Shown here piece by piece: positions 9,494 to 18,020 of a stretch of DNA of 31,645 nt; position 1 is the first letter of the stretch; each line of letters begins with the position of its first letter. Source of the stretch: an uncultured Muribaculaceae bacterium. Lineage in GTDB: Bacteria; Bacillota_I; Bacilli_A; RF39; UBA660. The notes beneath the pieces are model-generated. The model ran no database searches, was not told the origin of the DNA, and was given only the letters and a program-made list of their open reading frames with translations. The stretch spans positions 1-31,645 of the forward strand of contig CAYMVR010000001.1 in the NCBI GenBank assembly GCA_964393945.1, written 5' to 3'. The translations under genes were made by a program, and so were the position numbers.

Positions 9494-10071
9494 ATTAATT
9501 CTTCTATAATTTTATAAACTTCATCTTTTCCTTTTTTGGTTAGAGTAGAAAATGTTATAAAATCTTCTCCTTCTTCTAATTTTAAAGTATCTCTAATTAT
9601 CTTATTTTGTTTTTCACGATTATTCTTTTTTACTTTGTCATACTTGGTTGCAATAATGTGAACACTTAAATGGTAATATTTTAAAAATTCATACATTAAT
9701 ACATCATCTTCGGTTGGTTTATGACGATAATCGATTAAAAGAAAAACACATTTTAAATTTTCTCTTACTTTTAAATAGTCTTCAATCATAACGCCGAATT
9801 TTTTTTGTCTTTCTTTACTTACGGAAGCATAGCCATAACCTGGAACATCAACAAAATAAAAAGACTTATTTATTAAATAAAAGTTTAAAGTTTGAGTCTT
9901 CCCAGGTTTTGATGAGGTATGAGCGAAATTCTTACGATTCATAAGAGTATTGATAAAACTTGATTTTCCAACGTTACTACGCCCAACAAGTAAAAACTCT
10001 GGTAAGTTATCCGTAGGGTACTGACTAGTTCTTACTGCCATACAGGCTAATTCAACTTGATCAATTTGCAT
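9490..10071 (-). CDS. engB: Ribosome biogenesis GTP-binding protein EngB/YsxC/YihA
   Basis: GRSNVGKSS, PGKTQTLNFY, DVPGYGYA, ATKYDK. Confidence 0.96.
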   Translation of the reverse strand: MQIDQVELACMAVRTSQYPTDNLPEFLLVGRSNVGKSSFINTLMNRKNFAHTSSKPGKTQTLNFYLINKSFYFVDVPGYGYASVSKERQKKFGVMIEDYLKVRENLKCVFLLIDYRHKPTEDDVLMYEFLKYYHLSVHIIATKYDKVKKNNREKQNKIIRDTLKLEEGEDFITFSTLTKKGKDEVYKIIEELI

Positions 10072-10089
10072 ATTTTTTCACCTATCATC

Positions 10090-10118
10090 ATTATAATATA
10101 TTTTAAGGTATTTTGCAA
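10090..10118 (-). promoter_or_regulatory. sigmaA promoter of engB
   Basis: TTGCAA-N17-TATAAT. Confidence 0.7.
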
Positions 10119-10158
10119 ATAGTGGTGAATAATATTATATTGTTAGGAGGATTTTTTT

Positions 10159-10476
10159 ATGCCCCAGTCTAATCATAATTTTCCTCCAAGTATTGACCCT
10201 CAACTATTCTCTTGGATTGCTTGTGCTGTTGGTTCTTTATGTTGTGATGGATATAATTCAAATGAACAAAATAGTTTTGGAAACTGGCTTATTTTAGTAG
10301 GACAATTTATTTTAACTACTGCTGCACAACAACAGTTAATAAATGGTCGTAATAGAGTACACAATAGTGGTGAGCCTTGGGGCCAAGTATATAGTAATGC
10401 TGAGCAAATAGATTTTTTACTCCGAGCAGTTGATGATTTAAAGCAAGAACTGGAAAATTTAAAGCAAAATAAATAA
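10159..10476 (+). CDS. Hypothetical protein, DUF6774-like helical hairpin with C-terminal coiled coil
   Basis: Strong RBS AGGAGG; EQNSFGNWLILVGQFILTTAAQQQ recalls small Firmicute proteins (DUF6774-like, recalled from memory, not searched). Confidence 0.65.
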   Translation: MPQSNHNFPPSIDPQLFSWIACAVGSLCCDGYNSNEQNSFGNWLILVGQFILTTAAQQQLINGRNRVHNSGEPWGQVYSNAEQIDFLLRAVDDLKQELENLKQNK

Positions 10477-10480
10477 GCCA

Positions 10481-10675
10481 CTAATTTTTTAATGACTTAT
10501 TATTTATATTTTTAGAATCATGACAACTCACTTTTTTTATTATTTCTGTATCCGTAATTCTATTTTCTTTACCATCTATATTGTAGCCATAATCGTTTGA
10601 TAATTCATATTTTATCATATTTATCCTGTTTTTACTGCCAACATAACTGGTACTATAATTATTTTGTAAGCGCAT
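10481..10675 (-). CDS. Divergent alpha/beta-type small acid-soluble spore protein (SASP)-like protein
   Basis: MIKYELSNDYGYNI...TEIIKKV aligns by eye with SASP MK(L/Y)EIASEFGVNL...GEITKRLV; RBS AAGGGTG; consensus sigmaG promoter directly upstream. Confidence 0.6.
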   Translation of the reverse strand: MRLQNNYSTSYVGSKNRINMIKYELSNDYGYNIDGKENRITDTEIIKKVSCHDSKNINNKSLKN

Positions 10676-10689
10676 ATTTTCACCCTTAT

Positions 10690-10718
10690 TAGTATGAAGG
10701 GTTTTTTTATTTTTATAC
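10690..10718 (-). promoter_or_regulatory. sigmaG-type (forespore) promoter
   Basis: GTATA-N17-CATACTA matches the B. subtilis sigmaG consensus; the -35 overlaps the pbp stop codon. Confidence 0.65.
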
Positions 10719-12809
10719 TCTTAATGTTATTTCGACTATTTTAGTTAAATCAATTATAGTATCTGGTGGAATACTTGTTGATTCTACTTTACCATAGCCA
10801 CTAAAGGTATATTTAAGACCTATTAAATTACAGAAATTCATAACCTCACTACTACTCCATCCTGTCATATCAGGCATAGTATAATCACCAGTTTCCGATA
10901 ATAAAAATACTTTACTACCTATTAAAACATCCGAATCTTTTTTAGGAAACTGACTTATAACGTTTGATCCTGTTCCCAGTTTATATACTTTTAAGTTCTT
11001 AGTAGTTAAATTATCTGCAGTCGCATTAATATCACTACTGATGTAATTATCTATTTTAATTATTTTGGAGGTATCTAAACTACTTGTTTCTTCAGTAACA
11101 TTAGCATAATTGGCAATACTTTCTACGGCTTTTATAACAACATTTGATAAAGCACGAGCACCATTATCGATTTGTTTTACAGAAACATAAAAGATATATT
11201 CAGGATCTTCATATGGAAAAAAACCTGCGAATGATCTAACATAGTTAACGGATCCTGTTAAATAATGGCCATTAGATCCAGCGATTTGGGCTGTTCCTGT
11301 TTTACCTGCTAGAGTGACATTATTTGGTCGCCAGTAACTACTTGCACCATGATAAACAACATTATACATTAATTCTTGGATTTTTTTAATAGACTCACTA
11401 GATACTTTCTTGCCTAAACTAGTTCTTCCACCTTGATAAGTTATATTACCATTTTGATCTACTATTTTATCAACAATATATGGTTTTATCATTTCACCAT
11501 CATTAGTAATAACTGTTAAAGCCTGAAGATTTTGAATTGGAGTGGTGGTGATACCTTGACCAAAAGAAGCACTGGCTAGTTCAGATTCGTAGGTCATACG
11601 TAGTAAACCACTTTCTTCCGCAGGAAGTTCAATTCCTGTTTTAGAGCCAAAACCTAAAGATTCATAAAATTCTCTTAATTTAACATTACCAAGTTTTAAA
11701 GCAAGGTTTGTTGCTCCTACATTTGATGAATAAGCAAAACCAGTATCATAATTTATACGTCCCCATCCAGAATTATTAAAGTCTTTAATGGTGGCACCAG
11801 CAATCTTAATAGTACCTGACATAAATTCTTCATTACCATCATAAAGACCATTTTCCATAGCCGCTAACCAAGAAAATATTTTCATAGTAGATCCTGGTTC
11901 ATAGGTATATCCTACTAAAGGATTTTTATAATCAGTAAGACCTGATAAATCATTAGGATTAAAATTAGGGCTTGAAGCACTTCCGACAATAGCACCTGTT
12001 TTAGCATTAATAACCGTAAAAGTAAACCAGGCAAAGTTATTATTTTCCTCAAGTGTATGAACAGCATCTTCGAGTATTAACTGAATACCTGTATCTAATG
12101 TTAAATATACATCACTGCCACTTACAGGTTCTTTAGTTATTCCTTCAATCATTTGATAGCCTGCACCATCGACTTGATATTCTTTATATCCATCTTCACC
12201 TTTTAAATAAGAATTATAATAAGCTTCAATTCCCATTTCTCCAACTATTTCACCATTTTCATTAGGTTTAGCATAACCAACTAAATATGATGCCATTTTG
12301 GATTTTTTATAATATCTTTTACTTCCCGCGATAAAATCAAGACCTGGAAGTCCAAGACTTTGTATTTTGACTTTTTGATTCTCAGATAAATTTTTACCTT
12401 TTGTTCCAAATTCGACTTGATATGCCCCTTTTATATTTAATCTACCAAGAGCATATTCATAATCAATATCAAGAACCTCAGATAAGGCTTTGGCTGTTGC
12501 TTCTTTATCTACAACATGTTGGGGGTTTTTAGGATTTGTTGTTCTTGATTCACTAAGGTAAGCGATTAAAGTATAAGAATTAACATTTTGAGCAATAGCC
12601 TCACCATTGACATCATAAATATTACCGCGAGAGGCATGTAATGTCCTTTTTTTAGTATTTCTATTTTTAGCAAAAGCCGTTAAGTCTTTACCATCAACAT
12701 TACTACTTACTGAGACAAAGACTAATTTTCCCATGGAGACAACAAAGGCACAAAAAAAGACCAGAATAAACAACTTACTCACTCTTACTCTTGATCTTTT
12801 TCTCTTCAT
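10713..12809 (-). CDS. Class B penicillin-binding protein (FtsI/PBP2B/2X-like) with C-terminal PASTA domains
   Basis: N-terminal TM, dimerisation domain (RGNIYD), SxxK (GSTMK), SxN (SSN), KTG, PASTA-like tail; follows ftsL. Confidence 0.95.
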   Translation of the reverse strand: MKRKRSRVRVSKLFILVFFCAFVVSMGKLVFVSVSSNVDGKDLTAFAKNRNTKKRTLHASRGNIYDVNGEAIAQNVNSYTLIAYLSESRTTNPKNPQHVVDKEATAKALSEVLDIDYEYALGRLNIKGAYQVEFGTKGKNLSENQKVKIQSLGLPGLDFIAGSKRYYKKSKMASYLVGYAKPNENGEIVGEMGIEAYYNSYLKGEDGYKEYQVDGAGYQMIEGITKEPVSGSDVYLTLDTGIQLILEDAVHTLEENNNFAWFTFTVINAKTGAIVGSASSPNFNPNDLSGLTDYKNPLVGYTYEPGSTMKIFSWLAAMENGLYDGNEEFMSGTIKIAGATIKDFNNSGWGRINYDTGFAYSSNVGATNLALKLGNVKLREFYESLGFGSKTGIELPAEESGLLRMTYESELASASFGQGITTTPIQNLQALTVITNDGEMIKPYIVDKIVDQNGNITYQGGRTSLGKKVSSESIKKIQELMYNVVYHGASSYWRPNNVTLAGKTGTAQIAGSNGHYLTGSVNYVRSFAGFFPYEDPEYIFYVSVKQIDNGARALSNVVIKAVESIANYANVTEETSSLDTSKIIKIDNYISSDINATADNLTTKNLKVYKLGTGSNVISQFPKKDSDVLIGSKVFLLSETGDYTMPDMTGWSSSEVMNFCNLIGLKYTFSGYGKVESTSIPPDTIIDLTKIVEITLRV

Positions 12810-12820
12810 AAATGTTTCTC

Positions 12821-13120
12821 CTATTCCCCAATTGTTTTGATATTACTATTATTATAAGACAAACCACTTCTAGTTGCAATATCTTGAATATTATCAATTG
12901 ATGCTAATTCATCAATTTGCATTCCTAAGGCTTCGTTAGTCTTCGTTTGTCTATTTATTTTTGTTCTAACTCGTTCTAATTCGATATTTGATTCAGATAA
13001 TAAGGCTTTAGTATAAACCCATGATGCAGGCATAACGATAAATCCAAATAAAATAAGTAAGAAAAACATAAACTTTTCTCCTTTTAATAATTTGATTCGT
13101 TTTACCTTTTTGGTCCTCAT
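12821..13120 (-). CDS. ftsL: Cell division protein FtsL
   Basis: Basic N-tail, single TM and coiled coil, located between rsmH and pbp. Start placed at ATG 13120 (ORF track uses TTG 13138). Confidence 0.8.
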   Translation of the reverse strand: MRTKKVKRIKLLKGEKFMFFLLILFGFIVMPASWVYTKALLSESNIELERVRTKINRQTKTNEALGMQIDELASIDNIQDIATRSGLSYNNSNIKTIGE

Positions 13121-13124
13121 ACCC

Positions 13125-14051
13125 TCATATCCTTTCAATTACTCTTAATTTAGCACTTTTACTGCGACTATTCTCATTTATTTCTTCAATACTTGGAAGT
13201 ATTGGTTTTTTATTAATTAATTTTATAAGTGGACGATATTCTTCAGGTATTTCAGCATCAGGTAAGCCACTAAATATTTCATTTGTTTCACTATATTTTT
13301 TAAATATGTTTTTGACAATGCGGTCTTCTAGAGAGTGAAATGTTATAACACATATTCTGCCACCTTTATTTAATCTTTCAATAGCTTTTGGGAGCGCTAT
13401 TTTTATGGCATCTAATTCATGATTTACTTCAATTCTGATGGCTTGAAATATTTCGCGTTCAGGATGTTTCTTAAAAAAATAATTGGCACCAACACTATTT
13501 TTTATTATCTCAACAAGTTCTAGTGTTCTTTCAATTTTTTTAGTACTTCTATATTTTATAATACCATCAACAATTTGTTTACTTCTTTGTTCCTCAGCGT
13601 ATTCATAAAATATTCTTAAAAGTTCTGAGGCTGAATAATCATTAACAATATCTTTAGCCGTTTTAGTCTCACTTTGGTCCATTCGCATATCAAGTTCGGC
13701 ATCATTCATAAAACTAAAACCTCTTTTTTTGTCATCAATCTCAGGACTTGACAAGCCAAGATCAAATAAGAAACCATCAACACTCGCAACATTTTTACTA
13801 TTTAAACATTCATCTAAATACATGAAGTTAGAATGAAAAATGTGAAAGTTATCTCCTATTTCTGATAATTTTTGATGCGAAGCAAAAACCCCCTCGCTAT
13901 CAGCATCAAAGGCGAAAAGATAGCCCTTTTTTATTCTTTTTAAAATTTCACTACTATGACCAGCATATCCTAGTGTGGCATCTACATATACTCCGTCTTC
14001 TTTTAAATTTAAGTTTTCAATTACAATATCCCGCATGACACTATAATGCAT
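13125..14051 (-). CDS. rsmH: 16S rRNA (C1402-N4)-methyltransferase RsmH (MraW)
   Basis: HYSVM, DATLGYAGHS, LFDLGLSS, FQAIRIEVN, ITFHSLEDRIVK, RSKSAKLR. Confidence 0.98.
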   Translation of the reverse strand: MHYSVMRDIVIENLNLKEDGVYVDATLGYAGHSSEILKRIKKGYLFAFDADSEGVFASHQKLSEIGDNFHIFHSNFMYLDECLNSKNVASVDGFLFDLGLSSPEIDDKKRGFSFMNDAELDMRMDQSETKTAKDIVNDYSASELLRIFYEYAEEQRSKQIVDGIIKYRSTKKIERTLELVEIIKNSVGANYFFKKHPEREIFQAIRIEVNHELDAIKIALPKAIERLNKGGRICVITFHSLEDRIVKNIFKKYSETNEIFSGLPDAEIPEEYRPLIKLINKKPILPSIEEINENSRSKSAKLRVIERI

Positions 14052-14482
14052 TACTCCACCTCATTAAATAAATGCTCAGCAACATCTTCTAGGATATCAC
14101 TATATTCTTCATTAAATTTATCCCAGTTTTCTTTGGACCATATTTCAATACGGTCATTCGCGCCGATTAGAACACATTCTTTAGTGATATCGGCGTGAAT
14201 TAACTGTTGGGAAGTAATATTTATGCGCCCTTGACGATCAAGATTGCAACTAGCAGCGGCAGAAAATAATGAACGAACTACAACACGAGCATCTTTTTTA
14301 GTGAAAGGTAGGCTTGATAATTTTTCGACCATCTTATGCCATTCAGCTTCGGTATAAATGTATAAGCATTTTTCAAGTCCACGCGTTACAATGAATGTTT
14401 CGCCTAGACTACTACGAAAGTTAGATGGAATTACAAGTCTATTCTTATCATCAATATTATGATGATATTCGCCCATGAACAT
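14051..14482 (-). CDS. mraZ: Division/cell wall cluster transcriptional repressor MraZ
   Basis: MFMGEYHHNIDDKNRLVIP, DRQGRINI, DRIEIW. True start is probably ATG 14482 (143 aa). Confidence 0.97.
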   Translation of the reverse strand: MFMGEYHHNIDDKNRLVIPSNFRSSLGETFIVTRGLEKCLYIYTEAEWHKMVEKLSSLPFTKKDARVVVRSLFSAAASCNLDRQGRINITSQQLIHADITKECVLIGANDRIEIWSKENWDKFNEEYSDILEDVAEHLFNEVE

Positions 14483-14491
14483 ATCGGTCCC

Positions 14492-14525
14492 CCACTTTCT
14501 ACCACAATGTACCACTGCTTACCAT
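14492..14525 (-). promoter_or_regulatory. MraZ operator (GTGG-N6 repeats)
   Basis: Minus strand ATGG-taagca-GTGG-tacatt-GTGG-tagaaa-GTGG with exact 10-bp periodicity upstream of mraZ, the established MraZ binding repeat. Confidence 0.85.
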
Positions 14526-14611
14526 TATCTTATCAATTATAGTCTTTCTTGTAAAGATTTAAGTGTTCGCTTTAAAAGAAAAATTGTTAATATTTACAAA
14601 TATTTTACAAT

Positions 14612-14639
14612 AAAAAAGATATCCTTTTATTGATATCTT
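14612..14639 (-). terminator. Intrinsic terminator after the orphan gene pair
   Basis: AAGATATC-N8-GATATCTT followed by TTTT. Confidence 0.65.
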
Positions 14640-14649
14640 AAATACTTAT

Positions 14650-15537
14650 TTACTTTCTAGTTGTTCCTAAATAGTTTGCTAGATTAGTAGACATCTCAGT
14701 CTCAATAGTCTTTCTTATATAATCGTAATCAGTATACTCAGGGTGTTTACTGCTTAATTCTTCGGCTTCTTTTTCATAACTTTTAAAATACATGGCTGTT
14801 TTTAATAATCTACCACAAGGAGCACTTAATATTTGACCATTTTTAACATAAATGTAATTTAATAAAATAGTTCCATTATTTTCATAAGGTACTCTATGTT
14901 CACCAATTACAATACAATCTTCATTATCCCAGTAATCTTTAAATTTATGAGGTTCTTTCATCATTTCTTTTGGGAATACTATATCAAGTGGTTTATAGTA
15001 AGAGCCATTAATTGTTGCCATTTCATATACTATGGTATTATCTGGCATAATAACTCTAACTGGCATTACTGGTTCTTTATTTATAACTTCGCCTCGTTCA
15101 TTAAAACTTAGCATATAATAATTGCCATCTTCAAACACAGGAGTTGCAAAGTTATGATTTCCTTCTAAACCATGCATTTCTTCTAAGTATACTGCTGTTT
15201 TTAAAGTTAAAGAGTTTCTATTTACAGCATCTAATACTCTATTATCTTCAACAACGTCTAGGAATGTTACTCTTTCTAAAAGATGCAATACTTCTAAAGT
15301 AATTTTATTATCGGTACCGCGAATTAATAATTCTAAAGTTTGAGCCATATCTGTTTCTAATTCACGTACTCTTTTACAATTTCCATTATCTATCGCATGA
15401 TTAATAGCCGCCACTAATCTTTCATTTAATGTAGAATATAAAGTTCCTATTAAATCTTTACGAGCATCATTACTATTTTGTTCTAAATATTTTTTTATTC
15501 TTCTTTCATATGGAATTAAACTTTCAAATATAATCAT
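14650..15537 (-). CDS. Hypothetical protein
   Basis: Long ORF; probable start ATG 15537 behind GAGGGGG (ORF track 15552); no motif recognised. Confidence 0.7.
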   Translation of the reverse strand: MIIFESLIPYERRIKKYLEQNSNDARKDLIGTLYSTLNERLVAAINHAIDNGNCKRVRELETDMAQTLELLIRGTDNKITLEVLHLLERVTFLDVVEDNRVLDAVNRNSLTLKTAVYLEEMHGLEGNHNFATPVFEDGNYYMLSFNERGEVINKEPVMPVRVIMPDNTIVYEMATINGSYYKPLDIVFPKEMMKEPHKFKDYWDNEDCIVIGEHRVPYENNGTILLNYIYVKNGQILSAPCGRLLKTAMYFKSYEKEAEELSSKHPEYTDYDYIRKTIETEMSTNLANYLGTTRK

Positions 15538-15576
15538 AATTTTCCCCCTCAACTATTTATATTAGTTATTAATTTT

Positions 15577-16299
15577 TTATTTTTGACGGTTTCTTGGCAT
15601 GTCGTTATTTTCTGATACAGTATGTGTATATAAATTTCTTTTATTTGCTTCTCGTAATCTGTTTAAAATTTCTCTTTTCTTCATTAAATCAATTTGTTCG
15701 AATGTGATTATGTCAAATTGTGGTGTTTGTGCTTCTTCTTGCGCTACGGGAGTAACAACTTCTTTAGAACGATTTTCTTGTACAGATTCTTGAATTACTT
15801 CTAATTCGCGCATTCTGTTTCTTACTAATTCTATTTCTCGTTCTAATTTTGCTCCTTTATTATTATTAATTTTAGTTAATACATTCATAAGAACTTCTTT
15901 TAAATCGTAATGTTTGGCGATATAGTCTTTAACGGCATATACAATAATCATACCTATCCCAACTTTAAATGGTAGACTTGATGCTATGACATCTCTGCTA
16001 TCATCGGTGAACATCATGCATATAATTTTCCAAACATAATATACCGGAACTCCGATTGCTCCGGCTGTAAAAATTCCTTCTATAGCGTGTTTTATGTATT
16101 TATTATAAAAGTTTACTATTTTTTCTGCGACTACATTACTATCTTGATTCCCGATGGAATCGAGTTCTCCTTCGATACTTTCTTCTAAATTCTCTAATTC
16201 TAGATATTCTGGTAATTCTGGAAAATCTGTTACCTCGCGTTTTTCACCATCAGAAATTACAACCGATTTTTCACTATTTCTAATTAACTCGCTATTCAT
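15577..16299 (-). CDS. Hypothetical membrane protein (two central hydrophobic segments, coiled-coil C-terminus)
   Basis: Hydrophobic stretches GIFTAGAIGVPVYYVWKII and VGIGMIIVYAV; RBS GAGAG. Confidence 0.7.
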   Translation of the reverse strand: MNSELIRNSEKSVVISDGEKREVTDFPELPEYLELENLEESIEGELDSIGNQDSNVVAEKIVNFYNKYIKHAIEGIFTAGAIGVPVYYVWKIICMMFTDDSRDVIASSLPFKVGIGMIIVYAVKDYIAKHYDLKEVLMNVLTKINNNKGAKLEREIELVRNRMRELEVIQESVQENRSKEVVTPVAQEEAQTPQFDIITFEQIDLMKKREILNRLREANKRNLYTHTVSENNDMPRNRQK

Positions 16300-16327
16300 T
16301 TCATTTTCTCTCTTTCAGTAGTTGTAT

Positions 16328-16356
16328 ATTATAAAGATAATTACTTTATTTGTCAA
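16328..16356 (-). promoter_or_regulatory. Consensus sigmaA promoter of the orphan pair
   Basis: TTGACA-N17-TATAAT. Confidence 0.8.
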
Positions 16357-16389
16357 CTTGATATTTGGGCATTATAAAAGAACTGTCTT

Positions 16390-16467
16390 CTAACAGTCCT
16401 CTCCCATCCACCAAAGTCTTATTTCTTTCCGAATTTGGCAAAATAACTTCTTGATTAGTTTTATCAT
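16390..16467 (-). CDS. Putative 25-aa cationic peptide MIKLIKKLFCQIRKEIRLWWMGEDC (not in ORF track)
   Basis: RBS AGAAGG, upstream TTGACA-N17-TATCCT (16490-16518), and a small hairpin plus T-run overlapping the stop. Confidence 0.45.
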   Translation of the reverse strand: MIKLIKKLFCQIRKEIRLWWMGEDC

Positions 16468-16533
16468 TTTTTACTACCTTCTCTATATAAGGATATACTA
16501 CATCTTTTGTTTTGTCAACTTTTATTAATAAAT

Positions 16534-16555
16534 AAAAAAGAGGTGAAGCCTCTTT
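16534..16555 (-). terminator. Intrinsic terminator after the YjcZ-like pair
   Basis: AAAGAGG-cttca-CCTCTTT followed by TTT. Confidence 0.75.
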
Positions 16556-16685
16556 AATAATAAATAATTCCGCCTAGAATAATTGCTAATAAGATATATA
16601 GAACAATTATTAAGAACGCACTATTTTGTAGACCGAAACCACAGCATTTGTTGCAACTTGGTTCCTTATCTTTACAACATCCCAT
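16554..16685 (-). CDS. YjcZ/SscA-family-like small sporulation membrane peptide, 43 aa, Cys-rich N-terminus (not in ORF track)
   Basis: MGCCKDKEPSCNKCCGFGLQNSAFLIIVLYILLAIILGGIIYY; RBS GGAGGTG. Confidence 0.75.
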   Translation of the reverse strand: MGCCKDKEPSCNKCCGFGLQNSAFLIIVLYILLAIILGGIIYY

Positions 16686-16715
16686 GGGACACCTCCTTAA
16701 AAACGCTTAAAAAGA

Positions 16716-16808
16716 CTAAATGAATGCTCCTACTATGATTATAAGTAAGATAAATAGTACTAAAATGATCGCAGCTCCTAAGCCGTTTCCACAACCACAG
16801 TTATTCAT
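16716..16808 (-). CDS. YjcZ/SscA-family small sporulation membrane peptide, 30 aa (not in ORF track)
   Basis: MNNCGCGNGLGAAIILVLFILLIIIVGAFI matches the family pattern GxGFALIVVLFILLIIVG; RBS GGAGG. Confidence 0.85.
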   Translation of the reverse strand: MNNCGCGNGLGAAIILVLFILLIIIVGAFI

Positions 16809-16906
16809 AAATCATTCCTCCTTTATTTGTCTTTTCACTTATATATTACGTAAAAAAATTATTTTGGTGCTTGTTTTGTAATCAATAGATAAAATACGTA
16901 AAAACC

Positions 16907-16935
16907 TTGTATTTTTTTTATCTTGTTGCTATAAT
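16907..16935 (+). promoter_or_regulatory. sigmaA promoter of prsA
   Basis: TTGTAT-N17-TATAAT with TG extended -10. Confidence 0.7.
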
Positions 16936-16954
16936 TAAGGTACTGGGAGGAAAA

Positions 16955-17992
16955 ATGATGAACAAAAAAATATTTATTTTAGGAGCTTCTGCTCTATTAC
17001 TATGTGGATGTGGTAAAGTTCCAAAGTTATCAAATGGAGATGAAGCGGTAGTTACATTTAAAGATGGTGTAAAAATTAGTGCAAATGATTTTTATAATTC
17101 TATTAAGGATACTATGGGACTTCAAACTCTTGTAAATATGATTGATAAATATATTTATGAGAAAGAGTTTAAGGATTCTCTTACAGAAGCTACACAATAT
17201 GCAGAAGCATCAATTAAACAACTTCGTGCATCTTATGAAACTGATGAACAATTATTAAGTATGGTTAGAATGTATACTCAAGTATCTTATCAAACTGTTG
17301 AGGCTTATCAAGAATCTCTTTATCTTAGTTACTTACAAAATGAGGCAATCGAAACTTATGTAAAAGACAAAATTACCGAAGATGAATTAAAGAAGTATTA
17401 TGAAAACGAAGTTTATCCTAATATGACAATTTCACATATTATGATTACTTCAAAAGCTACTAGTACATCTAGTGATGAAGAAAAAGAGAAAGCCGAAAAA
17501 GAAGCTAAGGATAAAGTAAAAGAAGTAATTAAAAAATTAGATGATGCTAAAAAAGATAAGAAAAATATTGAAGAAGTTTTTGGAAGTCTTGCAAAAGAAT
17601 ATTCTGAAGACGATAGTACTAAAGATAAAAATGGTGATTTAGGAGAAATTAATTTAGGTTCTCTTGGTTCACAATATGATGAACTTGTTAAAGCTGCTGG
17701 TAAATTAAAAGACGGTGAATATTCAACCGAAGTTATAACTACTTCTACTGGTTATCATGTTATTTTAAAAACTAAAACTGGAACAAAGAAATCATATGAT
17801 GATTCACTTGATTCTATGAAAACAAATATTACTCAAAATAAACTTACTGAAAATCGTTCTTTAATGATTGATGCCGTAAGACATTATCGCGAAAAATATG
17901 AGTTGGATATTGTAGATTCTGAAATGAGTAGTCAATACGGAAAATACATGAATAATTTAATTAATTCTTATAAAAATTCTAATAATCAATAA
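16955..17992 (+). CDS. prsA: Foldase lipoprotein PrsA (parvulin-type PPIase)
   Basis: Lipobox LLCGC; parvulin motifs SHIMI, KEYSED, KNGDLG, GYHVI. Start at ATG 16955 behind GGAGG. Confidence 0.92.
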   Translation: MMNKKIFILGASALLLCGCGKVPKLSNGDEAVVTFKDGVKISANDFYNSIKDTMGLQTLVNMIDKYIYEKEFKDSLTEATQYAEASIKQLRASYETDEQLLSMVRMYTQVSYQTVEAYQESLYLSYLQNEAIETYVKDKITEDELKKYYENEVYPNMTISHIMITSKATSTSSDEEKEKAEKEAKDKVKEVIKKLDDAKKDKKNIEEVFGSLAKEYSEDDSTKDKNGDLGEINLGSLGSQYDELVKAAGKLKDGEYSTEVITTSTGYHVILKTKTGTKKSYDDSLDSMKTNITQNKLTENRSLMIDAVRHYREKYELDIVDSEMSSQYGKYMNNLINSYKNSNNQ

Positions 17993-18020
17993 AAAAAGTT
18001 CCTAATTAGGAATTTTTTTT
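17991..18020. terminator. Bidirectional terminator between convergent prsA and recX
   Basis: A-run, TTCCTAATTAGGAA palindrome, T-run. Confidence 0.7.

Noticed and set aside
16847-16904. Direct repeat TACGTAAAAA twice, 48 bp apart, between the YjcZ-like genes and prsA
   Set aside because: Short and half poly-A, so plausibly chance in this composition; one copy is already explained by the sigmaK-like -10.
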